DNA of 62,063 bases, the filler included, from Rhabdomonas costata (Eukaryota): the NCBI GenBank assembly GCA_019059605.1. It is 22 parts of 22 records of this genome, joined end to end, with 100 filler letters (N's around TTAATTAATTAA, not from the genome) between each part and the next. Parts side by side here need not be neighbours in the genome. Positions count along the whole stretch, not along the records: positions 1 to 2,727 come from JAHMHO010002235.1; positions 2,828 to 5,553 come from JAHMHO010002236.1; positions 5,654 to 8,372 come from JAHMHO010002237.1; positions 8,473 to 11,199 come from JAHMHO010002238.1; positions 11,300 to 14,025 come from JAHMHO010002239.1; 17 more parts are not named here. One strand, written 5' to 3'. Shown in pieces: positions 1 to 13,053 of this stretch (the stretch's first letter is position 1; every line of letters starts with the position of its first letter). A program made the position numbers and the translations under genes. Below the pieces are notes generated by a model. That model did not search any database, was not told the origin of the DNA, and was given only the letters and a program-made list of their open reading frames with translations.

Positions 1-2604
1 TTGTGGTTTGTGGCGCGCTCCAGTTTGTCCATTTGTTGTTTCTTCTGTTTTCCTTTTTGGGTTTTTTGCTTGCGGCGTACATGCCTCCGTGCTGCCTGTG
101 ACAGTGGTCCGGCAGTCACCCTTCGAGGAGCTGGTGAGAACTGCGCCTGCAACTTCACTTCTCTGCTCACCACCCTCTTGCTCCTCGACACGGCAAAAAC
201 CCTTTCTTTTGCCCGGGGTTGGGTAAACTCTTATCTCAGCGAGGCGAGGTCCGGGTCGTGCTTTGAGGAGAAAGGGTTTGCCCTCCCCCTGAAAGCAGGG
301 GGGGTTGCAAACCTCTGGACCGAACCTCTGCGTTGAAAGGGCAAGCAAAGCCTTGGGTGCCGTGGTGATTATGTAAATAGTGTCTTTTTTCTTGCGTGAA
401 TCCTTTTTGGCAGCTTTTTCACTGTTCTCCTAGGCACACTCATCGTTTGCGCTGGTGCACGTCTCCTGATCTCTGGGTCTCTCTTTGGACAGATCCCCCC
501 CTCTCCCCCCGGCCCTTTTTCCCGGCTGCCGGCGTGATGATTGTGTGGTTCCATTGTCATTGTTTTTGAATTTCGCCCCCGCCCGTTGTCTCTGCCCGTC
601 ATCCCTCCGCACACCACCTCGCATTGCATCCGTCGTAGCATCCGTTTTTGGTGTCCCAAACGTTTGGCCGGGTGGTGGTGGGTGGTGGTGGTTGAGGAGT
701 TGGCGTAGGAGGTAATTGCGTTGACAACGGCGATAAACAGCTTGATAAAATCCCCTGAGTTGTTGTTTTTATCGCCTTCCCCACGGAACCGGACGGAGCT
801 GTTAAGAATGCAGCCAAATTCCTTCTCTCCAATCAAGAATGGCCCGATGCACAACGGCAACAGCTCCCCACCAATCTCCACCTAACCTCCTGTCAGGACA
901 CTGAATAGAGCGCAAAGGGCGATAGATCTCGAGTTGGTGGATTAACGGCCTGAGTTTCAGATTAGTCCCGTTTTTTTCGGCCTCCTGTTAGAGGATAGGT
1001 CCTCCCCTCCCCTTCCCCCCAGCGTTCTTCGGGGCACCTTTTGTGCTTGCTCGGGTTTTCTATGCTGACGTTTGTGGGAGCTGAGGTAGACTTGGCCACT
1101 CCTCTCCATCATCTCTCCCTGCGTCGCGCACTGCAATCGTGCGCTTGAAGCAGGTTCTCCCAAGGCCTGATCCCTGCCCTGACCGTTTTCTCACGTGAGC
1201 CGTGTACCCCCACATCACAATATCGACGGTACCGTCGGTTTTCTACCCTCTTGCTTTTCTCCTGTTAATAATCCTTTGTGTCCCCAGCTCAGAGCCCCCA
1301 ACTGCGCCAAATCGACCCAAACCGTTTTGTTTCCCGTTTCCATCTTTTCGTTCCTCCTTTTACACTGCTTGTGACGACAGTGCTGAACTCCTGAACTCTG
1401 ATGATGATGTTGAACATTGAAAGATTGAACTGAGATGAAAAAAACCGTTTTAATTACATTTCAAACATGAATGCACAACAGCGAATAGTGCATGTTGCAA
1501 AGCTTCCCTACAAATATATACTGGCGAGCGGGGACACTGGCACTCAGGGCTAATCAAGGCTGCCAACCCAAGCTGAAAAAAGCTACAGAGCGCTTACTTG
1601 CTTGTTGATTCCATTTGTGCAATGTATTCTGGGGTCAGCCCACCTTGAAATAGCCCGCACGGAAAAAGGGAAGAAAAGAAAAGCCACGCTATATATAGTT
1701 TTGCTGCGCTTCCACACAACACATCTTAATTCCGGCACTGGTTTTTAGCGACAATTTTCCGCTCAGCATTTTGCACTTTATCCCAGCCCAGTCCGTTGAA
1801 AAAATAAAACGCAAAAATGACGACGCAGCGTTTCAAGAGGCCCACTGCCTGCACCGAAGACACCGGGTCTGCGTCCGCATCGACCGCTATTGGAAGGAAA
1901 CGTAAAAAGATAAGAAAAATATTAAAGAGCCGGAAATAACAAGATTCACAAAGGTCAGGAAAATCTGACCCCCAGTTACCGTGCAGCGTTTCGTGTGGGT
2001 TCCTTGCTAAAATACAAAGCAGTTCAAGGTGCTGAAACCAAAATTCAAAGACAAACGGAACAAACAAACAAACACAACATATTCCTCAGCCTCACACCCG
2101 GCTTTCGCACTCCTGTCTAGAAAACAAAAATTAAATTAAACTGGAAACAGGAGGCACACCACTGGAACTTCCTTCTCTCTCTGGACCTTGACATCCTTCT
2201 TTTCCTCGGCCATTGGGAACTCAGTTAATTTCTCAAACAGACGTTACTGAGAAGTTGTGAGGAAATATGCACTCTGGGGAACGATTGGGATGAAGTTTGG
2301 GGTGGGCATTGATAAATTTTCTCGGATAAAACCAAGATTATAACATCGTGACCAACGATTAGCCACAGCGTTGCGCCTGGCCTGCTTATAATATATAAAA
2401 CCACAGCATTTTTTTTGCATGTTTTTGGTAATGTTTTTAGTAGTGTGGCTACTGAGGGAGGGACTGACCCCTAGCCCTCATTATTAGGCGCTCTGTTCAG
2501 GGCAAAGTGGGCCGTCCCGGAATCCGAAGATCCCCCGCCCTGTTTAATTGTCATCAAGAGTGGAGGATGCAAAAAGGGCAAAGCGATGTGTGCACAGCGT
2601 TGCA

Positions 2605-2719
2605 TTCATTCCGCGTGTTTGGGGAGAACACAACGGACAAGTTTGTTTTGTGAACTGTCAAGAGAGTACGCGGCGAAACAAACTTGTCCGTTGTGTTCTC
2701 CCCAAACACGCGGAATGAA
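2605..2719. repeat. Perfect 44-bp inverted repeat with a 27-nt spacer at a contig end
   Basis: TTCATTCCGCGTGTTTGGGGAGAACACAACGGACAAGTTTGTTT (2605-2648) is the exact reverse complement of 2676-2719. Confidence 0.95.
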
Positions 2720-2727
2720 CACAACAC

Positions 2728-2827
2728 NNNNNNNNNNNNNNNNNNNNNNNNNNNNNNNNNNNNNNNNNNNNTTAATTAATTAANNNNNNNNNNNNNNNNN
2801 NNNNNNNNNNNNNNNNNNNNNNNNNNN
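2728..2827. other. Artificial contig-joining linker N44-TTAATTAATTAA-N44 (first of 21)
   Basis: Identical 100-bp spacer with stops in all six frames at 2728, 5554, 8373, 11200, 14026, 16852, 19679, 22504, 25330, 28154, 30978, 33800, 36622, 39444, 42267, 45089, 47910, 50782, 53606, 56428, 59245. The intervening contigs are 2717-2772 bp. Confidence 0.99.
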
Positions 2828-5553
2828 TGTGTGGGGTGCATGAGCTCGAGCTTGCCCTTAACGACGTCCAGCTTGAACGTTCTGGAACAACCTGGGAAAT
2901 GGATGCGTCATCTTTGAGAATGTGCCTGACGTCCTCGGGTGTGCCGTTTTGTCTTGTTGCAGCGGAGTCCCGCGAGAAAAACCTGCGAGCGACAGTCAAG
3001 ATTTCCGAGCCGCAGGCAGAGTTCCCGACGGGCATGGACAGACCCTTCCCCATTGGGGAGCCCGAGACGTGGACAGCCACGAAGAAGCATATCAGTGAGC
3101 ATTCACAGTATCAACTGGATTTCTCTACTCCGCCGCTGAATCTATATTTCCATTACTACCATCAGAAACTTCTGCAATGGATGGTATCCTCGTTCAGCAC
3201 GGATCTAGGAAATCTTCCCACCTCACAGCCGGTTCAGAGCACTTCGGCTGAGCCTGGTTGTGGGCCCTCGGTATGTCTTCGGGCACATTTTCCAGAGGTT
3301 CAGGCGCACTTTGTGGCGCCGGTTGCGACTGTGTTGAATGCCCCCTCAAACGCAGAAGCTGTGTCCGGTTTGGTCTCGGAATACGGGCGGCCGCAAGCAA
3401 ATCTGGAATGTTCCAGCGTTCTTTTCCGGACTGCACTTTCGGATTGTGAGTCCGAACCTGTGCACTTCTCGGAACAGCCTGAGGGGTCGGGCTTGGAGCA
3501 CCTCTACAAGCTCACTTTTTCCAGCCTTGAGATATTCTTCTGCAGCCTGAGCAGCGCTGGTGCCGTTGCGAGATCTCACGTCACCGCTACCGCTTCTGGC
3601 TTCGCTTTGACTGAGGATCTTGGGTCTTCTTCAGTGAGCATGTTGCGCAGCAAACTCGGCACTGTTTCACTCCCTTTGAGACTCAGTGTGAGTCCTCCCG
3701 CCGCTGGAAATGCGCCAGGTAAGGTCTTTTCGGTTGGTGTTTCGGTGTGCGGCGTGATTCTGCATCATCACTTCTGTGTGGCCGGGGAGCATTGGATTTC
3801 ACGGCTTGCTGCGGTTTTCGAGAGTGGATCTGCTCCTTCGCCTTCAGAAACCAGGGACAATCGTCCCGCGGAGCATGCCAGCGAGCAATCGGCTCACCGT
3901 TCGGAGGGCAAGTCTTCTTCGGTGGAATCTGCCGTGCCGGTGCAGCTTGATTTGGACGTTCAGGTCACCGATTTCGTCGTCGCTTACAAAGATGCCGAGC
4001 ACCCAGCAGAGGTTGCTGTGTCTGTTGGCACGGTGCGTGTAACCAGTGCTAAGCTGTCGGAAGCTGGTCCGCGCGGTTGTGAACCGCGAGCAGGCTTGAC
4101 CTGCGACATGCAGCACGTTGATCTCTTGATTGGGATGGGCCCCGAAAGCCATTTCCGGAAAAGCGTTCCTTCTCCTGAATGGGAGAGTGCTCTGTTTAGG
4201 AAGCAGGGCAGTGGACGTGGATTTGCATGTATCCTTCAAGCAGAGCTCGGATTTGTCAGGTTTGCCACCACAGAGCGTCTGACTGTTGAGGTTTTCTTTT
4301 CTCCCGACCGCATTCCTCGATCTGACGATGTGGCCCCTTCACTTGGAAACCAAGGGGCCACATCTTCGGAAAGCAGCAGCCACCCGAGGAACAGCAGCAG
4401 CAGCAGCAGCAGCAGGAAGAGGGGCTGCGGCGGTGGGTGCGTTTCTGAAGGTTGCTCCCCACGAATGCCTGACGTTTACACGCTTTTCTCGAGTTGCAAC
4501 GTTGAGGTGGATGTCTTCCCCGAATCCTTGCAGCAGATTCTGCAGCTTGCACAGCGTTACTCTTCACAGGCCGTAGCAGCCTCTCAGGTTGCGCTTCAGC
4601 AGCAGGAAGCGTTGTACCAATCTGTGGCCGAAGGAAGGCGGGAAGAACAGGTTCGGCTGACTGCCCGAGCGCGCGAAACCCCGTTTCCCCCTGCCGCAGT
4701 TATGCCGCTGAATGCTCGAGGAGGTGCCCAAAGCATGGATTTATCCGTTGCTGTCCCGGAAGCTCGCAATTGCGCCATTGTTGGTGACAGTGCGATGAAT
4801 GGCTCGCCCGTGATTTTGAATGGCGAGAGCGTACTCCCTTCGGCCTCTGGTGATGCAATTGATCGGGACGAGTCGGCACCTGCCTCGCCGACTGCCCCCT
4901 TTTCTCTGGAACACGCGAGTATGTCAGCGGTCAACTCAGCGGGCATCGTGGGTGCTCGGGCTCCGGGTGTGTTGACCCCGACGAAGCAAGTGTCTTCCGA
5001 CTCCGCTGTACAGGAAAATGGACGTCCTTCACCTGAAAGCAAAGCGGCAGCTCCTGAGGCTCCAAAGGCAAAGCTGTATGAGGAGGCGATGTCTATGCAT
5101 GAGGTGATAGAAGATTTTTTCGTCATACAGGAAGCTCCTGAAGTTGCTCAGTATAATGACATGTCCTTTCCTTACACGACAGTGGCCACGTCCCGAGTTT
5201 CTCTTCTTCTTCGACTGCACGCCGGGAACGGACACGCTGGCAGACTTGGAGCCGCCGTCGGCCACTCGCAGCGTGCGCAGCAAGGCCGTGTTGGTGAGTG
5301 CGAGGAGGTCAGCAATTCTTCGAAGTTTGTTGCCATCCAGTTGCAAGACTCTGTGGTTCGCTTTGACGCTTCCTCGAGTGACCAATCCCCGTTTGTCTGG
5401 CGGATGCAGTGTATTCTTCGTGACCTACAGCTAAATGGCAGGAGCACCCATGCGGCAATGCCTGACCGACACAGTCTTCGGGTCAGCGGAGACCAAGCTT
5501 TGATTTGCTTCCGTTGCGATCAGGTCCGTCCGGATGAGCGCCACCCCCACACA
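2828..5553 (+). CDS. ATG2: ATG2-like lipid transfer protein, internal fragment (open at both contig ends, intronless)
   Basis: The whole contig is one open frame (~908 codons) of repeating beta-groove-like strands. Motifs occur in ATG2 order: HWISRLAAVF; LDVQVTDFVVAY; VEVDVFPESLQQILQLAQRY (CAD-motif position); HEVIEDFF; VSLLLRLHAGNG; FVAIQLQDSVVRFD; VWRMQCILRDLQL. Confidence 0.6.
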
Positions 5554-6432
5554 NNNNNNNNNNNNNNNNNNNNNNNNNNNNNNNNNNNNNNNNNNNNTTA
5601 ATTAATTAANNNNNNNNNNNNNNNNNNNNNNNNNNNNNNNNNNNNNNNNNNNNAGCGCGGGTCATGATCAGGCCCATGCGACACAGCTCGAACAGCGTTG
5701 AGGGGGACATCGAGGGGGACGAAGGGCATTGAGGACCTTCCGGCACATTAGTGGGGTGGGTACTTGCCTCGATGGGGCAGGAGCTGATTGCGCAAGAGTT
5801 AACCTCGGCCATCTCTCTTTGCACTGTTGTTGTCAAAATCTATATTATAGCGAGAATTATGTACACTGAGCACGCGCGGAGGGATTTTTTTCACATCGCC
5901 CTCTACAGTGTGGCAAAATCCGTCATCGGTACAATAAAAAAAAGGCTGAGCAAAAAAGTGGGTGAGCATTAGTGCGGGGTCCACCCACAGGGTAAACGGC
6001 GCTTTTGATTTGCAGGCGCTGTAGGTTGCGACAATGTATCAATCACAGCAAGGGAGACACGTTGATCTTTGATGGAAAATGATGATGAACAGAACCTACA
6101 CAGAGACTTTCGGGGACTGGGGGGGGGGGGGTGAGGCAACGTCCTCAGTTGCTGCTGTACGAACAAAGCAGTGCTTCATATACTTGCCTTCTTGAAATGG
6201 TGAGAAGGGGCAGCTCCACGACTGTCATAGACTTCGTAAAACAGAGTATTAGGATTGAAAGTCACGCTTTCCCCAACGACATCGTGCACCTGAGAATGAA
6301 TCACGACAGCGTTGTTCGTTTTCAGCATACCCATCGTAGTCCACAAGACCTAACGTCTTGCAGGGCAACCAAAGCAATGATAGGCCGCGCCTAAGTCAAG
6401 AACAAAACAAGCGCCATCCCCTGCTACGTCGC

Positions 6433-8090
6433 CACCTTACTGAAGTCCAGCTTTGGGACCAATCCCCCTGCAAGGCCTCTCTGCGGAAGAGTTACAGCGT
6501 TGCCATGCAAATCCTCCTGTGGCCGCACCGGCCTTATTGGGGAAGGGGTCCCCATCGGGCTGCCAGGGGACAGAAGCAATGGGGTGGCAGCGCTGCCCAC
6601 AGAGGGGGGTGGGCTGGCGCCCCCCAAAGACCGGCCCTGAGACCGGGGGGACGAGGGCAGGGGAAAGAAGTCCACGGGACGGGGACGGGGCAGCGTGGGC
6701 AGAAGATCCCTCAGGAGGTGCTTCGCACGCAGCACGGAGATCAGCTCCTGGCGAAACTCTCGCAGCACCTTGGTAACAACAACCAGGAGGATAAAATCAG
6801 GTGAAAACATGAGTTTATGACGGAAAAAACATTCCCAAACAGGCAATTGCGTTGCTTTGCTGCTATGAACTCAAGCGCAAGAGTTAAAAGAACGGTATAC
6901 ACTCTTGAAAAAGAAGCTCTCGCCCGAAGTCTGGAAAAAGATAAGCTCCGACAACACTTCCCAGTCATGGTCAATGTTGGGACATATTGGTACTTCATCA
7001 GTTGATTGCTGCCGAGACGAATTTTCAATATTGACGCATTGGGGTGAAAGAGGTTCAATATGTATGCAAAAGGTTGTCCTTACGTTCGAGCGGCCACACA
7101 AAAGAAAAAACTCCAAACTAAATACCATTGGGGAGATGCTTTGGCTGCTCAACTTATAGCTCGATGAACAAGCCATACTCCTGTTGCGGCATTTTGAGCA
7201 CCCAGAAAAACTGACAGCCACTGAAAATGGAGCTCACATACCACACATGCTCGAAGAACTCTTTCGTCCGCGTCAACCACCTGTGACGAAACAATAGAAA
7301 GTAAATTCACAGATTATCTGATGAGTTCGCTCATCCCAATGGCGGCACTGTCATTTCCGATCGCTCCGAGGAGAGAGAAACTGCATTGAGAGACGGCGTT
7401 TCTTTTATTCAGACACAACAACAGCAAAGAAAGGGAGGGAGGGAGTTACATTGTGGGGAAATTACAGCTTTACCCGATGGAAGAGTGGGGGTTCGACTTC
7501 TTTAGGGGATCTTGTTGACCCCTTCTCTCCATGTACGAAGGGGGAGGGGGGGAAATCCAGTTTGTTGATCTTTGCTCAAGTTCTCAACTCTGCTTCTGTA
7601 TCAAAGGCGTAAACATGAGTGAGGAGGCGATGAAGCGCACCTGGAAACAATCCCCGTTGAGGTGCTCGTCAGATAGTCGCTCCTGAGAAGGAGAGGAGGG
7701 GGTCCCTGCATTTACAGACGGGTGCACATCAATGCCCTTCAATGCCGACCCGACTAAATCCAAGGGACAAGTGATGAAAGTGGAAAGTGAAAGCCAAAAA
7801 ATGAAGGTACATCAATGCATTGCTCCATTGGTTTCCTCTCCAGAGGCAAAAAACACCGCAAAGTGTTCAACCTAGTCGATTAGAAACCCATGAGAAAGTT
7901 TAAGATATGTTCCACATGCGACCCCCACTCACCTCGCACGCCCGGAGCCGATGGCGAAGCGCCGCTCTGAGCACGGTGCTGGGAACCCGCTCCAGGAGAG
8001 CGTCCCGCTGTCTCTGCAGAATAGCAGGCAACGTTAGCAGCGGCACCCGCGCGGGAGAAGCGGGAGGCGCTCCGGCGCGGAGCAGAAACC
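6433..8090 (-). CDS. Multi-exon hypothetical protein (partial; boundaries approximate)
   Basis: Several GC-rich segments flanked by AG/GT, e.g. ...QSTDEVPICPNIDHDWEVLSELIFFQTSGESFFFKS | VLREFRQELISVLRAKHLLRDLL... No family recognised. Confidence 0.4.
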
Positions 8091-9748
8091 ATGTCAGCTT
8101 TGGGCAATTCAGAGAGACCAGCGCCGAGAGAGTGCCAGTGAGCGCGGCGTTAACCGCGAAAGAATTTTCTGTACACATACAGAGCATCGCCATCCAACAA
8201 CTAAGACAGAGTGAGATTGGCAGCTGATGTGACTGATAATGAAAAGCTGCAGGTGAGTCAACCAGAGGGTGACGATTCGTTACAGGGGTCAATTTCCCTC
8301 TGCAATCCAGGGACAGCTTGTCTACCGAAGCAAGGAACGAGAGCTGAACATACACAAAACCACACCCAACACNNNNNNNNNNNNNNNNNNNNNNNNNNNN
8401 NNNNNNNNNNNNNNNNTTAATTAATTAANNNNNNNNNNNNNNNNNNNNNNNNNNNNNNNNNNNNNNNNNNNNTGTGGGTGAACCAGAAAACAAAACACAA
8501 GTACTTTAGCGCGCTGGCAGGGGCGAATGAGGGATGCGTTTTTTGGGTCAGCTTTTCAAGCAAATGATCAGCGGGATGTGCGGACTACGATTCAAAAGAT
8601 CGGGATAACCGAACCAGCAAATGGTTCAGCGTTCAACAGCGGAAAGAAAGTTCGCGGCTCCACCGATTGTAAACGAGAGCTAGAAAGCGGGAGAGCAAAT
8701 GCCGCTGAACGCGTGCAGGTACGGGCGCTTGTTCTCCTGTATTTTCAGAACTTTCTACCATTCTGAAGTGTTTCATTGTTTTCGTGTTTCTGTTCTTTAC
8801 TAGGAGCGAGAATCTCACCACCAGCTGCCACAGACGATCTTGAGGTACACAAGGTACACTTTCAACACAAGATCCAAACATCCAACAAGAACACAATTTC
8901 CCACGCACTTCTTTTACTGTGCAACACATTTCGTTGGACTTGATAGCCCTCCACATCCTTGTTCTCGTGCGTTAGAACTGGAGCGACAACTTCCTAGCCG
9001 TACACCTCTCAGACCCTTGCTTTGGGATTTGGGACCTCCGGAACTGTGAAGCAAAACGTGAACAACACAGCGGGGTACACACTGCAATGCAAGGTTGATA
9101 GATCTCGCAGACGTGGTATTCTGGAAAAACAGAACAAAGGCTCGCCCCAGAAAAGCTCGGCAGGCCACAGGGAGAAAAACTAAATCCTCCCATGATGATG
9201 AGGCAACAACAACCAGGCAAATAAAAACACACAGAGCTCAGCTCCGTCTCGGAACAAGTAGAACATCGCAGGTGCCACCTTCGAAACTGTGCAACTGAAT
9301 AGTTTCCGAAATTGACCATATAACTCGAAAACACGGACTCAGAATGTGTGCAGGCACACAAAACATGCTGTGGCCATCGTTCAGGAAGCATACCACCCGT
9401 CCGGTAAATATTAAGAATCTAACTAGATCAATATAATTGGCCTCGCGTGTAACAAGACGAACCACAAGACGAACCAGCAATCACTTGCCAAGTTCAAAAA
9501 ATTTCTATCAATACTATTTCAATTTCCCAATTATTTCAATCGCCCGCATTCCAGGAAAAGCACCACCCTGAGAACTAGAAGGAGCATTTGATGACGCAGG
9601 ACGATCCACAGTTCGGAGCGCCACACCCTCGAAAAGCGCAATTCGATGACTCATGAAACCCACCCAATCACACAAGCACTCCTGCACGGCTGAGAGAGGG
9701 AGCAGTGACACCACAACATTCAGGTCACCACTTGCTGACGCCACCACC

Positions 9749-11199
9749 TCAAACGACATGTAGGGACATAAAGTCCAGGAAACGATCCCCATATTCGTCC
9801 GGGGGCACCGCAGAGACCTCGCTGCCGTCGTACACGATGGAGAGGAAGAAGTGCTCCAGGCGCTTCCGCAGGCAGTATTCCTGCAGAAAGTCAATCACCC
9901 CAAAGTAGTAGATCTCTGGGCGGGTGTAGCTCGCCATCCCGCCCTCCTCCGCAGTGAAGCAGCTGCCGTTCAGCGTGCGCGTGCTGGCCACCGGGGGGGC
10001 CGTGTACTGCTGCTCTGCGGTGTTGTGAATGCCCAGAAGAAAGGAGTAATCCATCGTGTCCATGCGCTTCAGGAACTCCACGTCCTTCCGCAGCTGCTGC
10101 ATTAATACCGTCCGGCGAGCCGCCCCGATGTACATGTAGCGATCCATCAGATCATTGTCCTTGAAGATACATGCCTCCCCTTTGGAAGCCTGCTCCGGAG
10201 TGACATGGCGGCCCAGCGAGGACCCCTTGAGGTCGTACTTTGTGTGGATCAGGTTATCCGTCTGAAAGACGTTGTTCATCACCACGAAGCGGATGTAATT
10301 CTGCGAGCTGTGCCGGCGGAGGCAGTGGTGGCCGTAGAACCGCGTGATCAGAGTGTGGGGATTCGCCTGGCAGTGCTTGAAGTACGCGCACATCATCGAA
10401 CGCAGAAACTTGCTCTCAGGCTTGGTAACTGTCTTGATCACAAACCGGGCGCCTGCAAAGTACAGCAGCGCCTTGCTCTTCCCTGGAGTCAGCAAGGTGG
10501 TCCAGACCTCGCTAAGACTGCGGATGTACAGAGCAGAGTCCACCCCGAAGATCTCGCGGATCTGCCGGAAGCACATCGGGTTGAAGTCGTAGAACTCAAA
10601 ACTCTGGTCGACGTTCCCACCCGGGCTCCACACCGGGGTCGTTCGCAGCGCCTTTTCCAGGCACGACAGCATCGCCCCGCCAAGGCGATTGCTGCTGGAC
10701 TTCTTGTACTTCCTCCGCACCATAGAGGAGCCAAAGTCCCGCGCAGGGTTCAGCGCCCTCGGGGGCTGAGCGGTGACCTGCTTCACGCTGAGGATGATCC
10801 CCTCCTGCATGGCCTTCATGATGTGGTGCCGGGGGTGCCCCTTGTAAACCTCAATTCCCAAACGGTTTACCTTCACCTTGCCCTTTCTCCGGAAGATCTG
10901 AGCGGCGGTCGCGCCTTTCCAGGAGGCCTTCTTGCCTTTTAAGTCAGGTTCTTCCCCTCGCGTGGGAGACCGAGAGCGGGACATCGCGCGGCTAGGGGCG
11001 GAGATCCCCGAGAATGTCCGATGGATGGGAGGGTCTATGATCCCAACACTCGACCGCTGCCCACCAGGGTGAACGTCCGGCCGCATATTAGTGCTCCTGG
11101 TCTCGGAGTCGACGGGCGGAAGTTTCAGCGTTTCCAGCACTGGGGCGACCGGCTCAGGCTCACTCTCATGCTGCCGCTCCAGTGCTGGAAACACACAAA
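9749..11199 (-). CDS. Phosphatidylinositol-phosphate 5-kinase (PIPK family), 5'-truncated, intronless
   Basis: Canonical PIPK motifs: FEFYDFNPMCFRQIREIFG, TPGKS, FVIKTV, TLITRFYG, FVVMNNVF, YDLKGS, FKDND, MDYSFLLG, YFGVIDFLQEY, RKRLEH, SAVPPDEYGDRFLDFM. Confidence 0.95.
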
Positions 11200-11586
11200 N
11201 NNNNNNNNNNNNNNNNNNNNNNNNNNNNNNNNNNNNNNNNNNNTTAATTAATTAANNNNNNNNNNNNNNNNNNNNNNNNNNNNNNNNNNNNNNNNNNNNG
11301 GGTTGGTTGGACGATTACGGGTATTAAACGCGAACAGCAGGATAGCAGGCTGATGTGCATGTACCCCCATGAGCCGCCTCCGCCGTCCGGCCTTGCCGAC
11401 TGGCCTCTTCCTCTGATTTCAATCTGTTACACCGATAGTACAGTTCAAAAAGTCTTAACGGCGTAAAAAATTGCTCAACTACCCCCCCCCAAACAGCAGT
11501 TGCCACGAGACTAGAGGAGAGTACTTCGAAACGCAACCCCAATAAATCAGGGAAACGAAGCCGAGCAAAGGGTGAAGGGTAGTGAA

Positions 11587-13053
11587 TCAGAGGTCCTCTT
11601 TCCCACGGTCACCCCCCGGTTCCCCCTGCTGCACAGCCGTGTCATAGAACTCCTCCAGTTCGTCCGCAGTGACCCTTTCCTGTACGACCCTCAGAGAGGC
11701 CACAGGACCCTGAGATCGAGTTAGTACCAGTACGACCTCAGGCCTAACCTCGAAGTGGCGGGCGAGGGGGCTCACTCCCTCGGAGGCGGCGTAAGCAAAC
11801 CTCCAGTTCTGCTCGCGCAGCTCCGAGGCTAGTTCGATCCAAACGCTGAAAGCTCGGTTGGCATTGAGTGGTTCCCTGCGCAGAAAAGTCACAACAGTGC
11901 AACCTGCGAGCGATGCACTGAAAAAAACACCTACGGTCGTACATATGTTTGATTTTTCGAGTCAGCTGCCTGGACCCAGGGCCGAGGGTAAGGTGATTGA
12001 AGGGTGGGGATCTGGGATTCGGGTGCAAAAAACTCTGCGGAAGCGTGGGTGTCAGAGGCGGGCCAGGGTGAACGAACCAGCAGCGTTTCGGGAACATTGC
12101 CTTGAATGCAAAAATCGCAGAGACCTGAAGGCGGTGAATGCCATCGGAAAAATGCGGAGGTGGTCACCAAAGAAGTACGAGACTGTCCACAGACTCACAG
12201 ACTGAACGCACTGACGTGCCAGGGTCCAAAAGGAGCGCACCGGAAGATCCCGAGGATCACCGCGGAGAATCGCTGCCGCAGCGCGTCCACCTCCTCCACG
12301 GAGTGCACCCGCACCGCTGGAGGAAGGCTGTGTACCTTGACATGCCGGACGATCTCCTCGGCCTTGTACCGAGGCCCGTCATAGCGTGAAGGGATCCCAC
12401 TAGAGAGAAAGAAAAAAGGCAGCTCCGAACGCATATTGACCTGTGCGATTCTAATAAGTAGTGGTGTGCTGGTTCGATCCTGCTCTGCGCTTCTCAAAAT
12501 GGAACGTACAAGAACCAGCTCCCTACACTACACGCGATTTCATCGACTCTGGGACCAAGCCGGGCCTCTCAACGAAAAAACCTCCAAACCTCCATACTTT
12601 CGAAAAACGACCCAGGAGAGATCTGCGCTGGCTCCCGTCGCCTTTTGGGAAGTGAGGAAGGCAAGTCGCCTTCCCAGCTCCCCTGCGGAGTCTTGCAACG
12701 TGGCCAGGCGCACTGGAGGGTCCAGCATTTGGGTAAACTTGGCCGCCTAAGATTGTATTGCATGTGAGACCTCTCGTATCAAAATCTTCCAAACATTCCA
12801 CTGAAGGCTTTCCAGACATTAAGGCAATGAAAACGAGTTCATCGGACCATTCATCCGGTCCAAACCATCCGCAGAACAAGCCAGTCAAAAATGCCTGAAA
12901 TATAGGCCAGCATTATAGGAAGAAACGAGGTGGAAAATTGGAGTCTTCAAGACAATCGCCGGAACTGGAACAGAAAAAACAGAGAAAACGACAGCGACAT
13001 GGCGAACCTTGTAAAAGACCCCAGTGCATTTCGTACAGCCAGAGGTCCCATGC
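11587..13053 (-). CDS. Protein disulfide isomerase-like ER protein (exons 13053-13008 tentative, 12746-12598, 12399-12241, 11875-11587)
   Basis: Phase-consistent GT-AG joins give ...GCTKCTGVFYK|AAKFTQMLDPPVRLA...VVFR(N)GIPSRYDGPRYKAEEIVRHVK...VHSVEEV...VILGIF(R)E..., matching the PDI a-b domain pattern. The C-terminus is GKEDL (KDEL-like). Confidence 0.7.

Noticed and set aside
10205-10942. Long antisense or overlapping ORFs (e.g. 245 aa here, 226 aa at 26855, 238 aa at 14701)
   Set aside because: These are shadow frames of GC3-rich exons with no recognisable motifs.
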